Source: an uncultured Atribacterota bacterium
GTDB lineage: Bacteria; Atribacterota; Phoenicimicrobiia; Phoenicimicrobiales; Stramentimicrobiaceae
Assembly: GCA_964560535.1 (NCBI GenBank)
Contig: CAZLMD010000003.1
Location: 1-48,856, forward strand
Length of the DNA: 48,856 nucleotides
Reading direction: 5' to 3'
The translations under genes were made by a program, and so were the position numbers. Positions 39,460 through 47,892 of the stretch are shown here, piece by piece. The notes beneath the pieces were generated by a model. That model had not been told where the DNA came from, did not search any database, and saw nothing but the letters and a program-made list of their open reading frames with translations. Position 1 is the stretch's first letter. Every line of letters begins with the position of its first letter.

Positions 39460-42201
39460 ATGGTTAAGCCATTAGTCCAAATAACTATAAATGACCAAAA
39501 TATTATGGCAGAGCCTGGCTCAACAATACTGGAGGCTGCAACTGAGGCTGGTATAAAAATACCAACATTATGTGTTATGCCTGAAATAAACCACTATCCA
39601 GGTTCTTGCCGTATGTGTGTGGTAGAGGTTAAGGGTCATCCCTGTCTTGTAGCTTCCTGTGTTTATCCAGTAAATGAAGGGATGATTATATATACTCACA
39701 GTGAGAGAGTGGTCACTGCCCGAAAAGCAGTACTGGAATTACTGCTGTCTTCTCACCCATTAGATTGTCTTACTTGTGAAAAGAACGGTGAATGTGACCT
39801 GCAGGATTTGGCATATGAGTATGGAGTCAAGGAATCAGGTTTTGGTAGAAAAGAGAGAAGTCTTCCCATAGATGAGAGCAACCCTTTTATTTTAAGGGAT
39901 TTGAATAAATGCATACTCTGCCGTAGATGTGTAGAAATATGTAATGAAGTACAACAATCAAGAGCTATTGGATTTGGATTTAGAGGAACAAAAACTGAAG
40001 TGATAGCTGGATTGGGTAATAAGTTAGGACATGAAACAAAGATTGCCATTGGTTCAGAAGGTAATCCCGATTACTCTAATTGTGTTTCTTGTGGACAATG
40101 TGTTGCAGTCTGCCCTGTCGGGGCTTTGATCGATAAATCAGCCCAGGGAAAAGGAAGAGTGTGGGAATTCCAAAAAGTTTTCACTACTTGTAATTACTGT
40201 GGAACCGGTTGCAGTTTTGACCTAAATGTAAAAGATGGGAAAGTAGTCAAAGTTACCTCCAATCCAAATAGTGTAGTTAACGGAATCAACCTTTGCGTAA
40301 AAGGTCGTTTCGGTAATGATTATATTCACAAAGAAGACCGTTTAACCACTCCATTGATTAGAAAAAATGGAAAACTAGAGCCGGCTTCCTGGGAGGAAGC
40401 TTTACAATTAATTAGTGATAAATTCCAGGAGATAAAAAAGGAAAGTGGAAATGATAGTCTTGCAGTACTGTCTTCTGCCAAATGTACCAACGAAGAAAAC
40501 TATCTACTCATGAAGTTTGGCCGCGCAGTTTTGGGAACCAATAATGTAGACCATTGTGCCCGGCTATGCCATTCAGCTACTGTATCCGGCCTGGCACAAT
40601 CTTTCGGCAGTGGAGCTATGACCAATTCTATTAAAGAAATTGCAAATGCACCGCTAATATATTTAACTGGCTCTAATACAACTGAGAACCATCCTATTAT
40701 AGGATTGGAGATTAAAAAAGCTGTAACCAAAAATGGAGCTAAATTGATTGTAGCTGATCCCAGAGAGATAGAGTTGGTTAAATATGCCACACTCTGGTTA
40801 AGACATAGACCTGGTACTGATGTAGCCCTTCTTAATGGTTTGATGAATGTAATTATCACAGAGGGATTAGAAGACAAGAAATTTATTGAAGAAAGAACCG
40901 AAGACTATGAAAAAATGAAAGAGGTAGTCTTAAAATATACTCCGGAAATAGTTGCAAAAATTACCGGTGTACCAGCAGAAGATATTAAGAAAGCAGCTAG
41001 AATGTATGCCGAAGCCGAGAGTGCCTCATTAATATATTCAATGGGCATTACTCAGCATAGCACCGGAACCGACAATGTTATGTCAACTGCTAATATTGCC
41101 ATGTTAACCGGGAATTTAGGAAAAGAAAATGCCGGGGTAAACCCATTACGAGGACAAAGCAATGTTCAAGGCGCCTGTGATATGGGGGCTTTGCCCAATG
41201 TGTATTCAGGTTATCAATCTGTTACAGACCCACAGATAAGAGAGAAGTTTTCAAAAGCATGGGGAGTAGAATTATCTGATAAGGTCGGTTTAACAGTAGT
41301 AGAAATATTGAATGCTGCCTATGAAGGTAAAATTAGAGGTATTTTTATAATGGCAGAAAATCCGGCAATGTCAGATCCAGACTTGGCTCATGCCCGTGAA
41401 GCTTTAAAAAGAACTGACTTTTTGGTTGTTTCTGACATATTTATGACTGAAACAGCTGAAATGGCTGATGTAATATTGCCCGGGGTAACATTTGCTGAAA
41501 AAGATGGAACAATCACCAATACAGAAAGAAGAGTACAGAGATTCCACAAAGCGATAGAGCCAATCGGAGATTCAAAACCAGAATGGCAGATTATCAGTGA
41601 ACTCGCCCGGAAAATGGGTTACAACATGAGTTACAATAACCCGGGAGAAATTATGGAAGAAATTGCAAGTATGACTCCTATTTATGGTGGAATGTTCTAT
41701 CCTAGGTTGGAAAAAGAAGGCTTACAATGGCCCTGCCCCAATGCAGATCATCCAGGAACAAAATTCTTACACAAGGATAAGTTTAGCAGAGGCAAAGGGA
41801 AGTTTTTCCCAATTGAGTTTAAAGAGGCAGTTGAACTTCCTGATGAAGAATATCCTTTAATCTTCACTACTGGAAGAGTCTTATACCATTTCCATACCGG
41901 GACAGTAACTAGAAGGTCAGAGGGATTAAACGAAGTATACAAAGAAGCATTGGTAGAAATCAGCCCACAAGATGCTAAAGAATTGAACATAAGCGAGGGA
42001 GAAATAATAGAAGTTGCTTCTCGTAGAGGGAAAATTCAAGCAAAAGCTAAGGTTACTGAGAAATCTGATGAAGGAGTAGTCTTTATGAGCTTCCATTTCC
42101 ATGAAGCAGCTGCTAATCTGTTAACCATTGCTGCTCTTGATCCTATTTCTAAGATTCCAGAATTCAAGGTTTGTGCTGTCAATATTAAAAAAATATCTTA
42201 A
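39460..42201 (+). CDS. fdhA: Formate dehydrogenase catalytic subunit, molybdo/tungstopterin, Cys-type, with NuoG-like N-terminal Fe-S domains
   Basis: N-terminal [2Fe-2S] (C-x10-C-x2-C), HPLDCLTCEKNGEC, and two 4Fe-4S motifs (CILCRRCVEIC, CVSCGQCVAVCP). MopB cluster CNYCGTGC and active-site ARLCHSATV. ATG 39460, after AAGGA, is preferred; the longest ORF starts at 39427. Confidence 0.9.
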   Translation: MVKPLVQITINDQNIMAEPGSTILEAATEAGIKIPTLCVMPEINHYPGSCRMCVVEVKGHPCLVASCVYPVNEGMIIYTHSERVVTARKAVLELLLSSHPLDCLTCEKNGECDLQDLAYEYGVKESGFGRKERSLPIDESNPFILRDLNKCILCRRCVEICNEVQQSRAIGFGFRGTKTEVIAGLGNKLGHETKIAIGSEGNPDYSNCVSCGQCVAVCPVGALIDKSAQGKGRVWEFQKVFTTCNYCGTGCSFDLNVKDGKVVKVTSNPNSVVNGINLCVKGRFGNDYIHKEDRLTTPLIRKNGKLEPASWEEALQLISDKFQEIKKESGNDSLAVLSSAKCTNEENYLLMKFGRAVLGTNNVDHCARLCHSATVSGLAQSFGSGAMTNSIKEIANAPLIYLTGSNTTENHPIIGLEIKKAVTKNGAKLIVADPREIELVKYATLWLRHRPGTDVALLNGLMNVIITEGLEDKKFIEERTEDYEKMKEVVLKYTPEIVAKITGVPAEDIKKAARMYAEAESASLIYSMGITQHSTGTDNVMSTANIAMLTGNLGKENAGVNPLRGQSNVQGACDMGALPNVYSGYQSVTDPQIREKFSKAWGVELSDKVGLTVVEILNAAYEGKIRGIFIMAENPAMSDPDLAHAREALKRTDFLVVSDIFMTETAEMADVILPGVTFAEKDGTITNTERRVQRFHKAIEPIGDSKPEWQIISELARKMGYNMSYNNPGEIMEEIASMTPIYGGMFYPRLEKEGLQWPCPNADHPGTKFLHKDKFSRGKGKFFPIEFKEAVELPDEEYPLIFTTGRVLYHFHTGTVTRRSEGLNEVYKEALVEISPQDAKELNISEGEIIEVASRRGKIQAKAKVTEKSDEGVVFMSFHFHEAAANLLTIAALDPISKIPEFKVCAVNIKKIS

Positions 42202-42237
42202 AATAAATTAATACTACCAAACAAGGAGGAAATGTAA

Positions 42238-43113
42238 TTGAATACAGAAAAGGAAAAAATCCAGTTAGTACAGGATGTAGCAACACCCTGCAATGCACCA
42301 GCAGCTGTCGCAAATGCTTTTTGTTCTATTGGGCAGAATAAGGCTAATCTATCAATAAATAAAATGATAATATTGGGGATTTTGGCTGGTGCCTATATCA
42401 GCTTTGGTGCCCAACTGGCAACTATGGCCACTTATGATGCGGCGAAGTATGTAGGGGACGGAATTGCCAAAATACTATTTGGCAGTGTTTTCTCTGTCGG
42501 CCTGATGTTAGTAGTTATTGCAGGGGCAGAATTGTTTACAGGTAATAATTTAATCGTGGTAGGTACATTAAACAAAGATGTAACGGTAAGTAAATTATTA
42601 AATAGCTGGTTTTGGATATATATAGCTAACTTTATAGGCTCTCTACTGGTAGTATGGTTAATGTATCTTTCTCAGCTCTGGACAACAGGTAATTTTGCTG
42701 TGGGGGCAAGAGCTCTGGCAATTGCTAATGGTAAAGTAAACTTGAGTTGGGGTACGGCAATAGCCAGGGGTATTCTATGTAACTGGCTGGTATGTCTGGC
42801 AGTCTGGATGGCGGTAGCAGCCAAAGATATTCCTGGGAAGATTCTGGGTATATATTTCCCCATCATGGCCTTTGTAGCCAGTGGTTTTGAGCATAGTATC
42901 GCAAACATGTATTTTATTCCTATGGGAATGCTTTTAAAGAATAATGCATCAGTAGTTGAAGCATCAGGTTTGGCAGTAAATCAACTTAACAACCTGAATA
43001 CAAGCGGACTTTTGTTTAATAATTTGCTGCCTGTTACCATAGGAAATATAATTGGCGGGGCATTCTTTGTAGCAACTTTATACTGGTATGTCTACTTGAG
43101 AGAGGAAAAATAG
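42238..43113 (+). CDS. focA: Formate/nitrite transporter family channel
   Basis: 291 aa with TTG start after AAGGAGGA. FNT motifs GAELFTGNN and SGFEHSIANM. Confidence 0.88.
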   Translation: MNTEKEKIQLVQDVATPCNAPAAVANAFCSIGQNKANLSINKMIILGILAGAYISFGAQLATMATYDAAKYVGDGIAKILFGSVFSVGLMLVVIAGAELFTGNNLIVVGTLNKDVTVSKLLNSWFWIYIANFIGSLLVVWLMYLSQLWTTGNFAVGARALAIANGKVNLSWGTAIARGILCNWLVCLAVWMAVAAKDIPGKILGIYFPIMAFVASGFEHSIANMYFIPMGMLLKNNASVVEASGLAVNQLNNLNTSGLLFNNLLPVTIGNIIGGAFFVATLYWYVYLREEK

Positions 43114-43140
43114 TCAATAAATATAACTAAATGGAATTTT

Positions 43141-43195
43141 AGGAGCTATACTGTTGTATATTATTCATATAGTACATAAGTATAGCTCCTTTTTA
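43141..43195 (+). terminator. Terminator-like hairpin after focA
   Basis: AGGAGCTATAC (43141-43151) pairs perfectly with GTATAGCTCCT (43180-43190), with a 28-nt AT-rich loop, followed by TTTT. Confidence 0.6.
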
Positions 43196-43244
43196 ATAAG
43201 TAAAAAATATTTTCAAAATAATGTAAATCTATTGATCCTGATGT

Positions 43245-43895
43245 ATGAGTAGGAAGATGAATAAAGGGAAAAATTATGACACTATTTCAGTCTTAGTGTT
43301 AGCAGGCGGTAAAAGCAGCAGGATGGGTCTCAATATAGACAAAGGCCACATGCAATTTAAAGGGACCAATCTTATAGAACATGTCCTGAAAAATATTCTT
43401 TCTGTTAAAGGAATAAATAAGCATGATATTGTTATTGTAGGGCCAAAAAAGAGATATTCTCAACGCCAATTTACCGTAATTGAAGATATTTATCCAAATA
43501 AAGGACCATTGGGAGGAATTATTTCCGGTCTAAAATATTCTAAAACATTTCACAATCTAGTGATCGGGTATGATATGCCCTTTGTTGAGCCTAAACTAAT
43601 TGAATACATGATTAAAAATAGTAAAGATTATGATATAGTTATTCCTACATATGGCAAAGGTATGTATGAACCATTATGCGCTATTTATAGTAAGAATTGT
43701 GTGGAAATTATAGAAAATAATTTAAAAAACAATATACTGGCAGTCAGAAGCATCTTTCCTTTTTGCAGAATACGTTGTATTAGAGAAGATGAAATAAAAA
43801 TATTTGATCCAGAAATACACTCTTTTTTTAATATTAATTTTCAAAGCGATTTTATACTGGCAGAAGAATTAGAGAGGGTAAGAAAGAAAATATGA
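43245..43895 (+). CDS. mobA: Molybdenum cofactor guanylyltransferase
   Basis: 216 aa. N-terminal LAGGKSSRMG nucleotide-binding motif and GPLGG. Context with FDH and fdhD supports the call. Confidence 0.8.
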   Translation: MSRKMNKGKNYDTISVLVLAGGKSSRMGLNIDKGHMQFKGTNLIEHVLKNILSVKGINKHDIVIVGPKKRYSQRQFTVIEDIYPNKGPLGGIISGLKYSKTFHNLVIGYDMPFVEPKLIEYMIKNSKDYDIVIPTYGKGMYEPLCAIYSKNCVEIIENNLKNNILAVRSIFPFCRIRCIREDEIKIFDPEIHSFFNINFQSDFILAEELERVRKKI

Positions 43896-44665
43896 TGTTA
43901 AATAATTATAAGGGGATAGAAGTAGAACTGGTTAGGACTACCGGGCATGAACAAAAAAAGATAATAGACCTGGTAGCCATAGAAACATTTATAGATATCT
44001 ATATTAATCAAAAATTTTTCATTAGTTTAAATTGTAGCCCTGGTGGTTTAAAATATTTAACAACTGGATTCCTTTACAATTCTGGAATTGTAAATAATAA
44101 AAAAGAAATTATTTCTACTAAAGTGAGAGAAAATAAAATATTTTTTGAAATCAAAAATGATTTATTGTCAAAAGGCATTACCGATTGTCCCAACCTGATT
44201 AATCAGATTAAATACTCAGGTTTACAAGGGCAAAAACGACTTTCTGTTAATAATGATACAAAAGTTAAGATAGATACTATCTATTCTCTCGTTTCTCTTA
44301 TGCAGGAGAAAGCAGTCTTTTTTCAAAAAAGTGGTGCAGTCCACAGTTGCGGTCTCGCAGATATTGACGGATCTATCATATTATTTAGTGAGGATATAGG
44401 CAGATATAATACTATTGATAGAGTATCAGGTGAAGCTTTTCTGGGAGATATTAAGACATATGATAAAGTTATTTTAACCTCATGCCGTATTACTTCAGGA
44501 ATTATGCAAAAGATTGTACGTACAGATATTCCTATTGTTATTTCCAGAGCTGCTGTTACTGATTATGCCATAAAATTGGCTGATAGACGCGGTATTACAC
44601 TGGTTGGATTTGCACGAGGAGAGAGATTAAATATTTATACTCATGCTGAACGTGTTGTTATGTAA
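43892..44665 (+). CDS. fdhD: Formate dehydrogenase accessory sulfurtransferase FdhD
   Basis: 257 aa with FdhD/NarQ-like segments (SGAVHSCGL, EDIGRYNTIDRVSGEA, LTSCRITSGI, GITLVGFARG). ATGA overlap with mobA. Confidence 0.8.
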   Translation: MMLNNYKGIEVELVRTTGHEQKKIIDLVAIETFIDIYINQKFFISLNCSPGGLKYLTTGFLYNSGIVNNKKEIISTKVRENKIFFEIKNDLLSKGITDCPNLINQIKYSGLQGQKRLSVNNDTKVKIDTIYSLVSLMQEKAVFFQKSGAVHSCGLADIDGSIILFSEDIGRYNTIDRVSGEAFLGDIKTYDKVILTSCRITSGIMQKIVRTDIPIVISRAAVTDYAIKLADRRGITLVGFARGERLNIYTHAERVVM

Positions 44666-44767
44666 GATACAGTTAAAACCTCTGTAACATAGTCATTTTT
44701 AAATCTATTATAATATGTTGTAAGAATGATATAATATTAGAATATATGATCCATTAAAGGACTCAAG

Positions 44768-45187
44768 GTGAAAAAAATCATACTATCAATAGATCCTGGC
44801 AGAAAAAAATGTGGTGTTGCGCTGGTTGATTCAAAATTGAAGTATATAGAAGGTAAAGTTATTCTAAATGAAGAGCTGATTGACAGAGTAAAATATTTTT
44901 TAGTAAAATACAATGTTAAAAATTTTGTGGTGGGTGGGGGAACGAATTCAGAAAATATCATTATGTTAATCAAAGAGAATTTTCCGGAGATTCTTGTTAC
45001 AGTGGTAGAAGAAAAAGATACTACCAGACAGGCTAGAAAATATTTTTTTGAATATAATCCTCCATCTGGTTGGTTAAAATTATTTCCAATTACACTCCTT
45101 GTACCACCACGACCATATGATGACTTTGCTGCATATGTAATTGGAAGAAGATTCTTTTTAGATTACCAAAAGAAGAAGAATTTGTAG
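44768..45187 (+). CDS. YqgF/RuvX-family RNase H-fold nuclease-like protein
   Basis: 139 aa with GTG start. ILSIDPGRKKCGVALVD (compare GLDxGxxxxGxA), EEKDTTRQAR (compare DERLTT) and C-terminal DDFAAYVIGRRF (compare DxxAAxxIL) resemble YqgF. Judged by eye only. Confidence 0.5.
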   Translation: MKKIILSIDPGRKKCGVALVDSKLKYIEGKVILNEELIDRVKYFLVKYNVKNFVVGGGTNSENIIMLIKENFPEILVTVVEEKDTTRQARKYFFEYNPPSGWLKLFPITLLVPPRPYDDFAAYVIGRRFFLDYQKKKNL

Positions 45188-45355
45188 GGAAACACCCTAT
45201 CCAGTTTATAATTTATCTTATATGAATCAATTTAACATTTTTACAAATGTTTAGTTTAGAAGTTAAAAGAAATAAAATTCCTCTATACAATAATTACAAT
45301 CACAAAATCATTTTTGTTAAAAACTCAATATATATAAATACATTCTAAGGAAAAG

Positions 45356-47653
45356 ATGAAAACAAGATATCAAGTTACTATATATGGTATTATTCAAGGT
45401 GTAGGGTTTCGTCCTTTTATCCATAAACTGGTGAATAAATACCACTTTTTGGGATGGGTGCGTAATTCAAATCAGGGAATAGAAATAGAAGTCGAGGGAG
45501 AAAAATCTTTTTTTAAAGATTTCTTCTCAGAATTAAAAAATAATCCCCCACCTCTAACACATATAGAGAAAATTATAATTAAAGAATTGCCTCTCATCGG
45601 GTTTACAGAATTTGTTATAAAAAATAGCAGCTCAAATCATAAAAATCCTGTTATTCTTATTCCGCCGGATATATCTATATGTGAGGATTGCCTGAAAGAG
45701 CTTAATGATTCATCTAATCGTCGCTACCGATATCCCTTTATAAACTGCACTAATTGCGGTCCTCGTTTCACCATTATACAAGATATGCCTTATGACAGAG
45801 AAAAGACTATTATGGGTAAATTTCTTATGTGTTCAGATTGTCTCAATGAATACAATGACTTGAAAGACCGCCGTTACCATGCAGAAGCAAATACCTGCCC
45901 GGTTTGCGGGCCTCATGTCTCTATATATTCAAGGAATCAGGAAATTGATGTAGAGGATCCATTTATAGAAGCTCAAAAAAGATTAAAAAAAGGGGAAGTC
46001 GGTCTAATCAAAGGATTAGGGGGCTTCCATATAGCTTGTGACGCCCAAAATATAGAAGCAGTCTCAAGGATAAGAGCAATAAAAAAGAGAGATCAAAAAC
46101 CATTTGCATTAATGGCAGGAACCATATCAAAAATAGAAGAGTTTTGCTATATACCAGAATTAGCCAGAAAATATTTAGAAAGTAAAGAAAGACCAATAGT
46201 ACTTCTAAAAAAGAAGAATGGGGATAATCTTTCACCAGAGCTTGCACCAGGCAATGGTTATCTTGGTTTTATGCTACCATATACACCCATACACTATATG
46301 CTATTGCAAAATAGTGGCCTTATTTTAGTTATGACCAGTGCAAATTTCAGTGATGAGCCGATTATTATTAAAAATGAAACAGCCTTTCAGGAATTTACCC
46401 AACATGTTGATTTTATACTTTTACATAATCGTATCATATATAATCGTTGTGATGATTCAGTTTTAAAGATAGCTGCAAATAACAATATCTTTATTAGAAG
46501 ATCAAGAGGATATGCCCCTTTTCCAGTTATCCTTTCCAAAAATGTCAGATCAATTCTGGCATTAGGGCCTGAAGAAAAGAATACAGTATGTATTGCTCGT
46601 GATCGGCATGCCATACCCAGTCAGCACCTTGGTGATTTAAAAAATAAAGAAACCTTTGTTGCTTATCAAGAAGCGATAAAACGTCTGATCGGTGTTTTTA
46701 AGTTTGAGCCAGAAGTTGTAGCCTGTGATTTACACCCTGATTATCTTTCAACACATTATGCTGAAGAATTGTCACAAAAATATAGGATACCATTAGTTAG
46801 AGTGCAGCACCACCATGCACATATCGTCAGCTGTATGATCGAAAATGGTGTTTCTGAAAAGGTAATAGGTGTGGCATTTGATGGTACTGGTTTTGGACCA
46901 GATGGTACTATCTGGGGAGGGGAATTCTTGGTAGTTTCCCCTCATAATTATTCAAGAATAGGGCATTTAAAAAAGATAAGCATGCCCGGAGGTGAGCAGG
47001 CTATACGAGAACCATGGAGAATGGCTTTTAGTTATCTTTATTCTCAGAATAAATTAAAAGATAGCCCCGAATACCTGATTTTTGAAAAAAGACAGGGTAA
47101 AAAAGATTTCCAATTACTGCAACAGATGATTGAAAAAGGGATTAACTCACCTATGACCTCTAGCTGTGGTAGGTTATTTGATGCTATGGCTTCCATAATA
47201 GGATTAAAAGATAAAGTTGATTTTGAAGGACAGGCAGCTATGGAGATGGAAGCATTATGTAGAGAGGAATTTAGGGAAAATTATGATTATCAAATCATTA
47301 AAGAAAATAATGTCTGGGTTGTTGACAACAGTAAGATGTTTAATCAGGTGTTGTCCGATTTAAAGAAAAGGATATCTCTAAACAGGATTGCTACTCAATT
47401 TCATAATACAGTTGCAGATTTTACTCTTTCCCTGTGTGTTAAAATAAGAGAAGAGTTAAATATAAATATAATTGCTTTAAGTGGAGGAGTTTTTCAGAAC
47501 AGTTTTCTTTTAATACAGACTATGAAAAAATTAAAAAAGGAAGGATTTATCGTATTAATACATAAAAAACTTCCCCCAAATGACGCCTGTATCTCTTTAG
47601 GGCAGGCATTAGTTGCAAATGAACAGTTCCAGAATAATAAAAAATATAAATAA
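45356..47653 (+). CDS. hypF: [NiFe]-hydrogenase maturation carbamoyltransferase HypF
   Basis: 765 aa. Acylphosphatase-like N-terminus (GIIQGVGFRPF), four CxxC zinc-finger motifs (CEDC, CTNC, CSDC, CPVC), and YrdC-like and Kae1-like domains. Confidence 0.93.
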   Translation: MKTRYQVTIYGIIQGVGFRPFIHKLVNKYHFLGWVRNSNQGIEIEVEGEKSFFKDFFSELKNNPPPLTHIEKIIIKELPLIGFTEFVIKNSSSNHKNPVILIPPDISICEDCLKELNDSSNRRYRYPFINCTNCGPRFTIIQDMPYDREKTIMGKFLMCSDCLNEYNDLKDRRYHAEANTCPVCGPHVSIYSRNQEIDVEDPFIEAQKRLKKGEVGLIKGLGGFHIACDAQNIEAVSRIRAIKKRDQKPFALMAGTISKIEEFCYIPELARKYLESKERPIVLLKKKNGDNLSPELAPGNGYLGFMLPYTPIHYMLLQNSGLILVMTSANFSDEPIIIKNETAFQEFTQHVDFILLHNRIIYNRCDDSVLKIAANNNIFIRRSRGYAPFPVILSKNVRSILALGPEEKNTVCIARDRHAIPSQHLGDLKNKETFVAYQEAIKRLIGVFKFEPEVVACDLHPDYLSTHYAEELSQKYRIPLVRVQHHHAHIVSCMIENGVSEKVIGVAFDGTGFGPDGTIWGGEFLVVSPHNYSRIGHLKKISMPGGEQAIREPWRMAFSYLYSQNKLKDSPEYLIFEKRQGKKDFQLLQQMIEKGINSPMTSSCGRLFDAMASIIGLKDKVDFEGQAAMEMEALCREEFRENYDYQIIKENNVWVVDNSKMFNQVLSDLKKRISLNRIATQFHNTVADFTLSLCVKIREELNINIIALSGGVFQNSFLLIQTMKKLKKEGFIVLIHKKLPPNDACISLGQALVANEQFQNNKKYK

Positions 47654-47676
47654 GCTATTTAAAAAAAGAGGTGTAT

Positions 47677-47892
47677 ATGTGTCTCGCGATTCCTGGTAAA
47701 GTAATAAATAAAATTAATTCAGAAGAAGCAGAAGTTCTTTTAGGTAATATAAAAAAACTGGTTCGTATAGAACTATTACCTGAAATTGAAGAAGGAGATT
47801 ATGTCTTGATACATGCCGGGTATGCTATTACTAAAATTGATTCCCGGGAAGCAAATGAAATAGAGCTAGCCTGGAAGGAAATACAATCTTGA
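47677..47892 (+). CDS. hypC: Hydrogenase assembly chaperone HypC/HupF
   Basis: The N-terminus MCLAIPGKV needs Cys at position 2, so I use ATG 47677 rather than 47671. 71 aa. Confidence 0.9.
   Translation: MCLAIPGKVINKINSEEAEVLLGNIKKLVRIELLPEIEEGDYVLIHAGYAITKIDSREANEIELAWKEIQS

Noticed and set aside
39427-42201. Possible selenocysteine recoding in the formate dehydrogenase.
   Set aside because: The ORF is uninterrupted, and the active-site position is a TGC Cys codon (40567-40569). No in-frame TGA is present.
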